Part shown: one piece after another, positions 23,945 through 38,600 of the stretch | Layout: the number at the start of each line of letters is the position of its first letter | How positions within the stretch are numbered: the first letter of the stretch is position 1 | Source of the DNA: Antedon mediterranea | Taxonomy: Eukaryota > Animalia > Echinodermata | DNA length: 64,000 nt | Assembly (NCBI RefSeq): GCF_964355755.1 | Contig: NC_092671.1 | Location: 13,144,001 to 13,208,000 of the forward strand | Direction of reading: 5' to 3' | Translations under genes and position numbers: made by a program | The notes under the pieces: generated by a model | What the model was told of the DNA's origin: nothing | Database searches by the model: none | What the model saw: the letters and a program-made list of their open reading frames with translations, nothing else

Positions 23945-24664
23945 AGACATAGTGGTACTACGACGGTGGTAATTTAAAGCAAAAAAACTCCTTTATTATA
24001 TGCTTTCCTAATACAATATATGTATGCGAAGCATTTGAATAATTAAAATTAAACCCAGATGATTTATAATTCCTCCGCCTCTTAACCTTTTTTCTGATTG
24101 ATATTGCACGGAAATACTGGTCACATGATCTAAATTCTTTTAATCGTTTACTTCCCAAGTCATCCTTCTATCCGACTAGTCTCTCAAAATGTTACATGTG
24201 CCTTCCCTTTAAACAATCCGAATTCACCACAAGTAAAACAGCATTAGTAAATTGTAAATCGTTTATTTATACTAATGCCCTTTGGTAGGGATTTAGAAAC
24301 CTCAACTAAATAATGAAATATGTCAAGACATAAATAATGTTAGTTCTAACTTTTCTTGCTATTACTGAAAATCGATGAAATAAATCTGAAAGAAAACGAA
24401 AGAGTTACTTTTAATCTGTTTTTCAATTTGCTGCTTCACGAAAACTTGATGAAACGAAAACGAAACGAATTTCACAGATAATAATGCATATTACCCATTA
24501 CACATATATTTATTCATATTCTAAACAAATAGAAATCAGTAAATTTACTAAATAAAATGTAGGCCTACATCTATCGGTACGTATTTCTTATACTATGTTT
24601 TGTACGTATTCTGAAGATACTTGAATCAATAGGCAAATAAAACAAGGAAGTATGCAGCATTCCT

Positions 24665-24952
24665 TAATAATAATAATAATAGTTCATTCATAGCGCATTT
24701 AAGCAAGCTCTCAATGCGCTGAACTTTATTACCCCAGTCAATTTTTTGGGATCAAACACGTATGGAAACATACTCCCAAAATGCAGCTAGTAATCAGCGT
24801 GTCAGTTGTGTCTTGATCCACCCATTTATACACCTGGGTGGAGAGAGGCAAACGTAAGTAAAGTATCTTGCCTACGGATATAAGAAATGCGGCGAGAGTT
24901 GGATTCGGACCTCGGTCTGACGATCGGTAGTCCAACGTCCCCCACACGCCCT
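24665..24952 (-). mobile_element. tRNA-derived CORE-like SINE, full length with LINE2-like tail
   Basis: Homologous to 20607-20826; ends in the stem-loop agcgcattgag..aaatgcgct followed by (TTA)n on the minus strand. Confidence 0.8.
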
Positions 24953-27900
24953 CACCCCTAATAGAACATAGTGAGGGTGGACAGTCATAGACAGAACACA
25001 AACGGCTGTCTGAACAATTTTGATGGAGGAATCGAACTATTGGTTTTATAATATAATTAGAGAGAGTGGCCAGCGTATTGTAGGCCTAATTCAATAGACA
25101 TTTCTGCCACCTTACAATTATCCTTTGTCATTTCCAACTGGAAATTGTTATCAATGTGGTATATTATTTACTTACGTTTTTAGGGGAATATAGTTTACAA
25201 AAGATGCTCATTGTATACCGGTACGTATATAAATGCAGGAAAAAATAATAGATAGATATCGCAATTTATAATATCAATAAATAACAAAAAACAGATAAAG
25301 CTTAATCCAGTTCAGCCTGGACACAACCGTGTTTAATTACTGATACAATAACATGAGTTGATGTGACCCAAATTCAACAACGACACTCAGCTTATGTGTA
25401 ATCTTCACCCGTGGCGATGATGTCAATCTGCCATGCAGTAGACATTTATAAAAAGCGCGCTCATTTGACGTTGGTCGCCTTCCTGCTGCAATGATGTAAA
25501 CACCTATACCTCCAAACTGCCATGCCTCCAGCTAATTTCATCGCAGAGAATGGAAACAAATGTCAAGGCAATTTAATGTTTCTAATTTTCTTTAAATCAA
25601 CCGATAAAAACTATTCTAGAAACATGTTTCTTTAAATTGTCACTATATAATGTTTATGTAATATTTATTAATAAATTAATGTACTTATTTATCGCGCATG
25701 CTTTTATGTAGAACAAATATTTCTTTGATGAAAATTTGGACAAAAACGTTTTAAATAGACAGTTCCGACACAGTGATTTAGATTTTTTGTAGATCAAGGC
25801 ACACATTTATTACGATAATAGAATATACGAAATAATAACACTATTCTTTGTTAGAGACCACTGTCTAATTATATTCAACAATAATAACTAGAGACACATG
25901 TTCAATAGAACATGTACCCAGTAATTTCTCACACTTTGACAAACTGTCAAATTCTATAAATGAGAGACCAAATTGGTAGAAAATTGGTTCAATAAATAGA
26001 CTGTTTAGTACACGGTCTTCTGAACAAATTTTGAGAAAATCAGAGTTTTTGTTTGTAAATAGTAATAATGCAAAGAAAGAACTGTAAGAAAACAGAACCC
26101 AGTCAGCTGAAATTGTGAAGGTTAGGAAGTTGTTTGGTCATAGAAAAAAGAAGCTGAAGTCTACCTTTGAGTGAAAGAAAAACTACCATCGAATACTTTC
26201 AAATGAGAGGGACATCTAGACATGAAACGAACTGTTTCATTTGGTTTTTATATCAGCTTATTATTTAATCATGCATTATGTGGAGGATTAACTAATCTAT
26301 ATGACCGTCCTTTAACCTGTCGAACTTCAAATCACCCGAGGAGAGAAAAAAAATGACATTGCACAAAACACCTTGAATACCGCTTTAAAGATCATCTAAA
26401 TAAATACAGTTTTATCAATATTCAAAAAGTGAAATAACCTGACCAAAACACTAAGTTCTAATCGATCATGAATCTCCATTTTTAGAACCGGAACATCACC
26501 ACCTTGCATGCAATCAATAACTGTAGCATGTGCACTTGTATGGCGTCACGTGATCGTAGAAACCGTTTCATTCTTTTTATAGGCTACATTATCACTCGCT
26601 CTTGTACTACCTTTTTACTCATTTTTACCACGAAGAAAAAAACTGCTACTGTTACGAAATATAATTTTAATATGTTATCGTATGTCATATACATGTTACT
26701 CATGTGTGCGTCATGATACGTGAGCTCAACTGTGCGTGTTTGTGAGAGGCGAAAACTCGACCGCAAATGCACATCGTTGTCCGAGAAGGGACTATTTTGA
26801 AATGTGTAATGATAATTGGAAAAATTATTTTAAATAAAAATAGGGTCTAATAGCAAAGATAACGCAGTGATAACGCACCAACACAATGAAAAGGTGATTT
26901 GTCTGAATATACCGTATTCTATATAGGCATACTAGTTTACAACTTTTTAAATTACTATGATTTATTCTTAGAAACAATTTAGGGTTATGCAGAATGTGCC
27001 AGGGTTATATGTAATGTTTTCTAGCAAACAGCTATTTTGGTTGAAAGAACAAATAACGAACGATCTTAATTTGAATTAACAATCATTTAGATACTAATCA
27101 ATCAATCAAACATTTTTGTTCTATAAATTTAAACTAAGTTTATGTAAATAACACCAAATTTAGCAAAGCCGAGACCATTCAAAACGATAAAATAATAAAA
27201 GTAATATGATAACAGTGAAATGTAGCAGGCCTACATCATATATTCGAGCGTAAAACTCATAGCGTGAGCATTAATTATGTTATGTTATTGTTATGTTATT
27301 TATTTATTATTCAACATTTTTTGTTTTGTTTTTGACGTTATCAAATTTTTATTTTCTTTTAAGTTCTGTTATTTATTTGTTAATTTTGTAGCTTAAGTTA
27401 GTTAAGATAAAAGGTACCAAGCTTGATTAGCTTCGGCTATACCTTGGCTACCTTTTGTATTAAATTGTTTTTTGTTTGATACAATAAAGAAGAAGAAGAA
27501 TTATCGAGCTCTAAAAAAAACCAATGAAATTATAGCAGTTTTATCCGTGTTCAAGCATGAAATAATGCATCATTCTACGAATGTTAACAGCGTAGTAAAT
27601 TGTTTGATTACAAGGTCATTGCAAGGTAGAACAATATTATACAGATGGTGATTGCTGTTATCTGGCGCAATACGGCCTAAAACACGCCACTTTCTCTCAC
27701 GAATTGTACACTTCACTAAAACTACAATTTTCGCATAGCAAATATGAATACGCATGCGCACGAACACTTTTTAAACCATTTTCCTAATGAACATGCTTTA
27801 TACACCCTGCTGACAAATTGGCGTGTCACACCAAACTTGATGTTTAGGCCTATAAAGCTAATAATACTAAATATTCTTGTACTTTCCAATGATATTAGGA

Positions 27901-30900
27901 CGACTTAATTGGAAACTACAGTAAGACGAAACCTGAAAAAATGCTATAGTCAATGTATCAGCAACTTAGGACGTAGAACAATTTAAAATGTAAATGAGTG
28001 TGGTGGATTTTAATATAACTGACTAAAAGTGCACATCACGCTGGTGACGTCATCAAATATCTCAAATAAATCTCTCAACTTAATAAAGTGCGAAGTTACC
28101 ATCACCACTCTACAAAGTTTTTAAACTATAAAATAAAAATGTTGTTTAAACAAATATAAATGTAAATACTAAACATAGGCCTATAAACAAATTAAATGCT
28201 TGAACCGGAGAATAAAATGAGTAATCAAACATTGCCCCAGTTTGTATTGTGGATCCTTTTGAGGAGATTACAGCTTGAAAACATTATCACAGAGCACATG
28301 TTAGGAATAAATTGGCCTGGTACAATAACATCGGCTAAAGAGGGAGAGTGCCCATCTTGTCTTTGTTCGTTATTATTAGCGACCTTTCCTTGCTGTTGAG
28401 TCACAATTCATTCTCAAAAACATGCGCAGAATGACTGTTGGACCAGGGAAGCTTTATGAAAACTATAAATACACCCTCCCGCCACCACCATCTTTCCCTA
28501 TCACTTGGATACGTCCGGAAAAGTGGAGACGCGCAATAAGAGATGCTAACAGAAACGACATGTGTCACAATGTTCGATTCGTGCTGTCGGGCGTAACTTA
28601 TATATACAATTACAATGGATAAAAGTCATAAATTCTCAACAGATATTCATCAAGCTTGTATTTATGAGCTATTAAACCGCTTACAATACTTCCTACTATA
28701 TTGATTTATTTCACGGAAATGAATAAATCAATTAATTTCATATTGACATTGGAAGTGCAATTTTTTTACAGGACTAAAGGTTATTATTTTAAGTTAATGT
28801 ATTAATTAGTAATGGAAGTAAAGGTTCTACTTTATGAATGATTTATATCCAAACAGGTTTATGCAACTCCTAATTAATATTATATTTTATATGAAGATCG
28901 AATACTAATTGGTATTTTACGTTTTTGTAATACAGGGATGACTCATCTCACTCTCTCTCTCCACAAACTCTTTTAATGTTGTATTGTAGACAACATTGTC
29001 CAAATATCTGGACTCACTAATAGTTGCACTGTATGTATTATTAAGTACTTAAGTTAATATACCGGTACAGATTAAGATATGATAAACAGAAAGTGTTGAT
29101 CAAATTGTTAAATCATAATACGTTACGGAACAATGTCCTATAGAGTTTTATCCCCTTAATAGGGATGCTCCAGAGAAGAGGTCACTTATTCGTCCAAATA
29201 GTATAATGTCACTTATTCGTCAAAATAGTATAATTATAGTATTTATAAAACGTCGTAAAATTTTTAGTCAAGATAACGTCTGACATTTTTTTAAGTTGGT
29301 GCAATTCTTATTGTTATGACGTTGCTTTCGTAGAACCATCAGACAATTTGATGATCTATAGGTATGCAGGTACAGCTTAAATTAAACATTGTCATCGTCG
29401 ACGACCAACATGGTATGCCATAATAGTTTTTAAAAAAACACCACACAGGATAATGTATGTGCACAATGTTTAATAAATAAGTTTACACAAGCGATTATGA
29501 TGCCTGTGAAAGGCCTTTACTATTAAAGAAATGTTATAATGATCTTAATTCCCAGACCACCATCATTTAGGCTAAATATCTACTACAGAATTATCAACAT
29601 TTAGGCCTATATTAATTATTTTTAATTTTTTTTAAAACTGCTATAATAGTATTATACAATGATGAAAAAAAACCAGTTTAGACGTATTTCTAAAGATGTA
29701 AACCCACGGTATGCAATGTTACATTTCTTTCGTCGGAAATAGTAATTTTAGTATAATGTTTAAATAGACTTACCAATGACTTAATGCTTGTAATGTTACT
29801 GTTTAAGTGGTATAACAATAATGTATTAATTTAAAAAATGAAAAATAGTTTAGATATACATTTGTATAAAGTCAATTGAAGAGTATGTCTACAATTCTAC
29901 AATACATTCTAATGCATGGGGTTTAAATAATTACTATGTAATACTTAATTAACATATTTTACATTTCAACTTTTAAATAATTTATTAAATCAAGTTTGTA
30001 GGTAAATTACAAAAAAAATCATTGTGTTTCTGAATTCTAAATATGGATTTACAAAAAAAAGGGAAAAAAATCATCCACTGATTACAATGCAATTCGGAAT
30101 ACAAATACCATGCACCTTTCTGTTTTGTTTGCAGTCTAATGCAAAACATTACAATAATTACTCTTATATTTTTATACCAGTTTTTCTCTCTCATAAATTT
30201 TAAATGGCTCTGCACTTTTCATAAAATTTTTTAATTTAAAAAATAGAAATAACTGTTTGAATATTCAAGGATAACTGTTATTGGTAACTAAATCTTCAAC
30301 TCAGACATTTTATGTTCAAATCAATAATTGATCAGGTGCCGAATAATTAATTATTATCAATGATAATGCTTCTTAACAACACAATTTCAATTACCCGGGC
30401 TGCTTCCTTACCATACTTATGGGGGCTGAATCTAGTTATTGTATTTACCAACGACTGCAATTAGCGTTATACGGAAACCCTTAACTGCTTTTTCACACAT
30501 GTAATTTACTTACAAAATATCTTACACTTGATATTGTATGCACATCACAGAGTAAGTGTATAGTAACACATTGCCCCGAGTTATAAGTTAAATAATGTTG
30601 TTTTTCAATCCCCACTCCACGTCACTGGCGTGACACTACGCATTATCTATAATCGTTTAGAAAGTATTATTTACAATATTTGTAGTGCGCATGCCCTATG
30701 ATCAATTTTACAGCATAAAACTAATTATTTAGATTTTAATGTTAAGCCAGTTTAGTATGTGAACTAAGGACACCCACTATACAATAATAATAGTTTAAAT
30801 ATGTTTAAATTTCAATAATAACAACTATTTTGTGCAATTTAACGTGAGTTATTGTGAAAATATACATTACATTTTTATGTTTCAAATTTACAATTTATAA

Positions 30901-30999
30901 TGATAAAAGTGTTGATAAGCAAACCAATATGCGTATGTTGTTATTTTGTTTTCATGTGTGGACCTAATTACAATCTGGAATCTGCATCTTTTATTCGGT

Positions 31000-33900
31000 T
31001 CATTTTCGCTCTGATCCAACATCTGCCAATCCAAGTTTAAAAACCTACAAATAAGAAAATTATGGTGTTAGGTAATAACAAAATTCAAAAATTATTTTTA
31101 AAAAAACGTATACTATGAACAAAAGGAATTAAACTTACAAACTGAATAAACTGAAATTATAATGTAAACAGATTTCTTTCATAAATGAACAAATAACACT
31201 TGTTTGTTGAACAGACAATAATATAAAGAATTAATTACAATGATTGATTGGGACCAGTTTGAATATGAAATATATCAACAGATCAGACATAATTTCCAAA
31301 AACACAGAATCAGTATCAGTTCTAGTATTAGTAACATAGATATGAAGCAACTATCGGTGCTAAGCCGTAATTAGAATTGATCGATTATAGTTATACGGAC
31401 ATAATATGAATAGTTTAATGATCAATATTGTCATGTTTCAGGAGAAACAATTTACCTTTAAGCTCTGTCTACACTATCACACTTTATGTGAAAAGAAAAA
31501 TATGATGTGCCTATAATGGACATGATGATGTCATATCACCACCATAATATTGAGAATATCACTACCATATTTTGAGCAAATCACACTAGTTTGATAGTGT
31601 AGACAAAGATAAAAAGAAATCGGCAGCACGCTATTTGTTGACCGGAAAAGATTTAGTTGAGAATTTAGAAGGTTTGATTGTTTAGAGGGCCGGGATTAAG
31701 TTGACTTTTTCGGAGTCAGATTGATTATTCAGGAGTCCAATATTTTTGGCTCGATTGACTATGCATGGGTTATGTTTATTATTTAGGGGTAAAGGTTAAT
31801 AGTTACAGTATCATGCAGCTGATTTCGCAGGCCCTTTAAAATACATGGTAGTAGGTATTATTAAGAAAGCTTCGAAACCAGATTGAGACATTATATTGGT
31901 CGGATAATATCGGCGACGAAGCATAATTATGATTAATAACAATTAATAGTCATATTAAATTGATCCAGTCTGTAAGATTTAACCGCATCACTAAAATGCT
32001 TTGTCAATTTTCATAAATTAAGTCACCTAAATTTGATATTTAAAGTAGTATCATCAAATTGGAAGACAAGATATTTTAATGGTTTTCGCCTCACTCTTGG
32101 CTATTGTGTTTTACTGGTAATCAAATATTAAGATTGATTGATTCCTACTATAGACACAACACAAGGACGTAACGCAACGTAAGTCATTTGACCAATCACA
32201 ATAAATGGATTATTCGAACTAGCGCTTGTGATTGGTCAACTCGCTTGTATTGCGTCTACGTCCTTGCGCTGCGTACCTAGTGGGAACCAAGCTTTATGTT
32301 GATAATTCTGTAGTAGATATTTAGCCTAAATGATGGTGGTCTGGGAATTAAGATCATTATAACATTTCTTTAATAGTGAAGGCCTTTCACAGGCATCATA
32401 ATCGCTTGTGTAAACTTATTTATTAAACATTGTGCACATACATTATCCTGTGTGGTGTTTTTTTTTTAAACTGTTATGGCATACCATGTTTGTCGTCGAC
32501 GATGTCTTGTTATATAAAAATATTTTAGCAACATCCAATAGTAAAATAAAACAATTTTCCCATAGTACTATTATTATATTAGTAGAATAAATAATAAATG
32601 CTTTAAATATTAATTAACCTCTGTTTTTTCTAACCACAATTGATAAATAAAATACAGCAATTTTGTGGTAAAGTATAGCAAGTGTAAAGAGTCAGTCATT
32701 ACAGTGTTAATTATATAATATTTATTATAATATTATATATTAACTTATTGTTAATCTTTATTTATTTTTTATATTAAAATTATATTAATAATTGCAGTGG
32801 TAACGTAGTCTTAAACTGTAGATTTACAGCGGATGCTACTAACCGATATGAACATCTTGATTTACAATTCATCACTAAACTCAATTATTGGATGATATGA
32901 ATCTCTTATTATAGAAACCAATCCCATCAATCGTATTATCGTACACTTTTTGAGAGTTATGTTGTTTCCAGTTGATTTACTTTGCAATCAACATTTTTTT
33001 TTATTACATCCGTTGTGCTCTGTAATGTGAATGGGTATACTAAGCCAAACGTTTCTTTACGTTCGTCGGAGTTAGCAAAAGTGACCCACTTAAAAGAATT
33101 GTATTCAAGAAGAAAAACATAACATTCTAGACGGCGTGTGTGTGCGTGATAACTTTACAGTATACTAAATAAGTGCAAACTTAAAAGGGCATGCGTTTAT
33201 GCCTGTTTTCCATAAGGCAAGTGCGCGTGCGTACACAGCGTACATATTTTTATCTACTTTGTGTGTGACGTGAAAAAAAATGCTCGGGAATGTTCGATTT
33301 ACGCGAATATATATTTGCTAATGGAAAACAAGGTGTACGTGTGATACTTGGTGAGTAAACCAGAACCTACGTCATAAAAAAAAATCATTATTTTGTCTTT
33401 AGCTTCGAATGCCATCATTTAGTAATTATAATCTAGATGCAGTATCATAACTCATAGGGACAACGAAGTACAATCGTCCAGATACCAGTACTGTATCAAA
33501 TCTTATATGAAATACTAGTGTCAGTATGCGCTCGAATTAATAACACACCATATAAGGACGATAATAAGATTATTGAAATAAAAGTGGGATGATCCAAAAT
33601 AAAGAAAAAAAAAATAATAAGATTATATTATTATGCCTACAATTTTCAAATAAAAAATTATATATTCTTATAACATCAATTGAATTAAATGTTGTTCCAT
33701 TTCATATTCATAGTATATAATAATTGTCAGTTAAATAAATGTATTGCTTAGATTATGTACGGACAGTGTAACAATGTACCCGTTGACGATGTAACTGTTC
33801 CGTGAAGTTTTCTAGCTAAAACATATAGTTGTATATACCTTCACATACGAGCAGTATTTTTATGTGGCACCTTATGTTAACCATCGTAGTAATATATCAA

Positions 33901-34104
33901 TATTTAATGCTAATGATAACGCCATTTAAGATGACTGTGAACACATTAAATAACTATTCAGGAAATGGGACACGACAAATCTAAGTCAATGATCATAGTG
34001 CCGGTTTTCCGTATTCCAGTGACACAATTTAACGTTAATTAACCACAAATCTAACACACCTTAGCTCTAATACGCAAGCTTACTTACTTTTTTTTCATGT
34101 ACGC
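31000..34104 (-). CDS. Candidate 3' exons of the ARKPIFamide precursor (17-nt microexon 34088-34104; terminal exon starting 31044)
   Basis: tgcag|GCGTACATGAAAAAAAA|gtaagt and ttatttgtag|GTTTTTAAAC. Direct splicing gives VFKLGLADVGSERK* (stop 31000); including the microexon gives AYMKKKFLNLDWQMLDQSENEPNKRC.. (stop 30888). Unresolved. Confidence 0.4.
31461..31610. mobile_element. MITE, family 2 (TIR agctctgtctacactatca / tgatagtgtagacaaag)
   Basis: Terminal inverted repeats with TTAA at the left flank; internal tandem atatcac.accata. Confidence 0.75.
32136..32292. mobile_element. Foldback MITE, family 1 (longer version)
   Basis: caaggacgtaacgcaacg..ttgaccaatcaca / tgtgattggtcaa..tgcgtctacgtccttg..ctagtgggaaccaagc. 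Confidence 0.75.
33201..33334. mobile_element. Possible small MITE (cctgttttccat...atggaaaacaagg)
   Basis: Imperfect ~12-bp inverted termini around a CpG-richer core; single copy in the window. Confidence 0.4.
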
Positions 34105-35659
34105 CTGCAGAGTAAGTTTTACTTTCATCATCAACAACCAAATCCGAAATAAATAACGTATTTAAGAACATAAAAAGCATTCATAGTTACTTAGAATTCA
34201 ATAAATCAAATTTAATTAGCAATTAAGAAGCGTCTTGAAGAGCGCAAACACTTCGTAACTAGGCGTGACATTTTCAGTGATGTAATTCCGAAAGTCCAAG
34301 TGTAAATAATGTTCGAAAATTAGAAATTCATGACACGAATAGAAAATTAAGATTGGTTAAGATAAATGATACTCTGATGAAAAACGTGATCATTTTTAGA
34401 TGTCCGTAAAACTTAGTAGAAATATAATTATAAGTTAGGAAAGAAACACGATTTTACATTAACAGTATTCTATGAAAAAAAAATCATTCTTACGTAAACG
34501 ATTTAAAACAAGTTGAATTGACTGTTTAAATCAAAATGTAAATTTCACACATTCTCATATTCTAGGTATACTATTAAATTTATTGAAAATATAATTAAGA
34601 TGAATTTTGCTGTGATGTGCATGCTAAATTGAAGTAAATTAATACCATTAGCCTTTTACTCATATTCTGCTAATATTTATGCTAAAATTGCTGTTTAAAC
34701 GATGGATTACATACAATTGATATAGAAGTTTTTTTTTGCTGTTACTCTTGTAGGAACTTTGTCCTAAGGCTTTTGAATTATAAAATGGTTTAAATATATT
34801 GAAATCTGACTGAAGAAACAAATGCAGTTCATAGTTATGAAAACCAATGTGGTTGACCATATGGTGGATAAACTTAACATTCACCCGTGCAGTAGCCCAT
34901 GTCATAAAGTAAAGACATGACCATGGTTTGTGTGTAACTCGCCTCCTACTCTCAGCTCGGTGGATCTTCCTCTGGTCTTTGATTAACCTATGCTACCAAT
35001 ACTGATACCAAAGTACTTTAACCCGGTTAAACATTACTAGAAACGTTACGGTCTCGAAAGTATTCAAAAAATGCATTTAACCAAAGTAGGACCGCAACAT
35101 TTCCATTTTCATCGATACGTAAACAAGATTAATTCTCACCTTTCCACAAGAATTAAACAGTCACAATAATGCACAAAATGATAAATGAACTTTCCTAGAG
35201 GTACAACCAGATTTACATTGACGTAGTAGTAGACATTGCTCAAGAGATCTAATAAACAATCGGGGACTGTTTAACGATGACAATAATAGCTGATATAATA
35301 TATAATAATAGCTAAGTACGGTACCTACAGTATCTTATTTGTACTATAACTTACCAAATCGTCTACACAAATTAATTCAGGTTGTCACACCTTTTAAAGA
35401 AGTGTTTTTTTTCCAAATTAAACGGTTGATATCTGATTTCAGTTTATTTGTTCATTAAAAACGTTTACGTTAATTAAAAAAATGTGCAATCATTATCATT
35501 CTCAGTAAAGTAACACTCTACCGCTATAAACTGATATAGGTTTTGGAGTTGTGTAAAAGTGCGGAAACGATTTTCTGAAACAGATACAAGAACAAAACCA
35601 ATACCAAAAGATTTAGGTAGAGAAGAAATAGGCATATGAAAAACGTAATTTTTGCCTAC

Positions 35660-38600
35660 CAGTGTTATGATGTCTTGCCAGTTAGTTGAAAGTAGTTGAA
35701 ATGCTTCTTCCATTCGACACATGCCGTCGTCTGGTTTTATACCAGGTACAAAATCTTCAAGTACCTCCTAAAAAAAATTTGATTAACAGTTTAACAATTT
35801 TTTTGAATTATAACTAATATAATGATGATATGTATCAAAGTATAAAGACCCATTTACACTAGGACGATAACGATCGACGATAAAAAAATAAACATACCTT
35901 TTTTTTACATAAAAGAAATTTTTTTTTAAAGAAATTTGTTTTCAATAAAACTATAGGATAACCAGTTAGGTTGTTAACAATATGAACTTACTGGGAGTGT
36001 TTCTTGGTAACCGCCGTCATATACCCTTTTTCCGACTGCAAAAGAGAAAGAAAATACAATCAATCATTAGTACGATAAAACAGTAACAACATAATATCAG
36101 ATCAACTTAAACCTTGAAATAAAAACAGACCAGAGCTGTCTATACTTGATAATAATTTAATTTTGAAAATAATTCCTCCCCAAAATTCCAAATATTATAT
36201 AGCCTATACTATATAGTTAAGTTCGGTTCCTAAAATAATTATAAAACACTATCACTCAAAAAGAAATATTACTTGTTAAAATATAGTTTTTCAAAATTGA
36301 ATACATGATATATGTAAAATACGTAGTATACCATTTAAATTGTTGTAGAGATTGCTAAGTAACGGCAGTAATACGTATAGTGAGTTAATAATCAGAAGTG
36401 TTTATGGAAATATACGAGATAAGCGATAAATTGTATAGATATTAAAGCAGACACTAAACATACTGAATGGAAGTTCATTACAATTTGAAATTGAAACTTA
36501 AAGAATGACTGTACATTGCAGGTGATCTTTTATTAACCTGTCCTATTTCAATACGTAATTGCTCAGTAATTAATCTTGTTGCTAAGTTGATAGACTTAAA
36601 TTATTTTGTAGATAGTATTTATAGTTTATAGTTAGTTATAATTTATATATATCCAATTGATATTTTAGTAAATAGTTTTTGTTTGTGAAGAAAATTGTCG
36701 ACTACTTATCCTTATTTTATGTTTTAATCAGCCATGGCTGGAGTACTCCGAGGTACTGTACTAAATAACTAACGTCGCACCAAATTAGGTACGGTACAGT
36801 AGTAGAAATGGGAGTGGACAGATGTAAGAATGTCTAGTGATGTAAAACACTTCGGGAATGAGATAAATAATTTTAATAAGGTCATTTAAGGTCTAGCTCT
36901 TGGCAAATAGTTTTCCTGTGAACAAAATATTAAACAAATATATGTATTAGTAAGAGTAAAAATAAGTAAAATGAGTCAGTGAGTGAAACCAAGTGACTAA
37001 ATTACATTAATATGAATATTTAATAACATTTCGTACTGCTTACGTAATTGGCACGCATAACCAATGCACTTTTAGAAAATTATTAATAAGATCACGAAAC
37101 GTTGTTTTTAATTGTTTGGTGTACAAAATTCAACTGTGAAACATGAAACCAAACATGATTAACAGTTTATATTTATGAAATAATTAAATTAAAGCACACA
37201 TTTAGCATAAAACATTAAATATCGATTGTTTTTTTTTGTTACAATAATTATAAAATACTATTTAGATTTCTTTTCCAATTTATTTCTCTGCTATATGCTA
37301 TGTATAAATGATTTTGACGTAAATTATGAACCAAAGAACTGCAAAATGTATAATAGATAACGAAAAAGTCAACTGTGTCTAATTTCTATCAAACTTGAAC
37401 ATAAAACTTTATCAGGGAAAAATACGATGGCGTTCGTGTAATAAAAGTTTCGGACAATCGGATCGCCCACGCTGATGATAGACAAGTAGGCCTAACATCA
37501 ATACAATAAACGCAATATTAAATAAAAATGATATTGATTAAGTACGTGTTTGGCAATGAGATGAGAATTCAATCAATCCTTTACACATTGCTAATTATTG
37601 CAGGGCGTGTGGTTGTGATGGTAGCCGTGTCTAATAAATGATAACATATTGATAATTTAACCAATTAACATGATATCGTATTGTCCAAAACATTGTAATA
37701 ACACTTTATTTCAATATTCAAACATATTAGATGTACTTTATTTACTATCTTTGTTTGAAGAATTGATCAGGTTAAAGATTTATTCTTGGCAACCGTAACA
37801 AATGGAATGATATTCTCTATTATTCATGTTGGTTTGCATAAAATAAAGTTTTAAATTAATATAAAGTATAATAGAAATATTATTGCTTTTTTATGTCCTC
37901 GTTTCTGGAACAACTTAGATATAAATATTAAAAATGTATATTCCATTAAATATACATATATTACACATAAAATGTTTAATGTGTATTATTTCGTAAACTT
38001 TTTTTGCATAGGCCTACAGCTTATCAGCCTTGTACTGTGTAGCTTATTGTTGATATCCTTTTTCATCGTTTAATTTATTTTAATCTGTATTTTATCATTC
38101 CCTTTGATTATTAAATAAACAAAATGATAAACGAAATGAAAGGGAAAAGAACATTTATTAATATGTTAATGTTCTATTATTTCGAAGTATTAAATAGGGG
38201 CCTAAAATATTGTCCCTAAGTATAGGCTAATCAGCCAATAAAAATAGAACAAAAGATGGAATAATGACGTATATATGATGTTAAATTATATTAAATTATG
38301 GAGGAACCACGATTAGACTAATTGTAGTTGAAATAATCCAATTTTAGGTGGAGAAGACTATTACACGCTTCCATGGGAGAACAAAGTGCAGTAGGCCTAC
38401 TAAGACGTGAATTGCACGTCATACGAGATATAGGCGTATTTTATATCGAGTCTTCCAGAGTGTGGCCTCATATTAGACCGTGACACTGTGCTTCTCACTT
38501 TTTAATGAAGGTAATTGCCATTCTGATGACATTACAAGGTCATTAAAATTAAAAGCATAATTCAATCCAATCTAATAGGACCCAATTAAAACACCACTGT

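Larger units (their letters stand above)
29393..32504. repeat. Near-identical ~208-bp inverted duplication (29393-29600 vs 32296-32504)
   Basis: catcgtcgacgaccaacatggtatgcc...tacagaattatcaacat is the reverse complement of atgttgataattctgtag...gtcgtcgacgatg. Confidence 0.9.
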
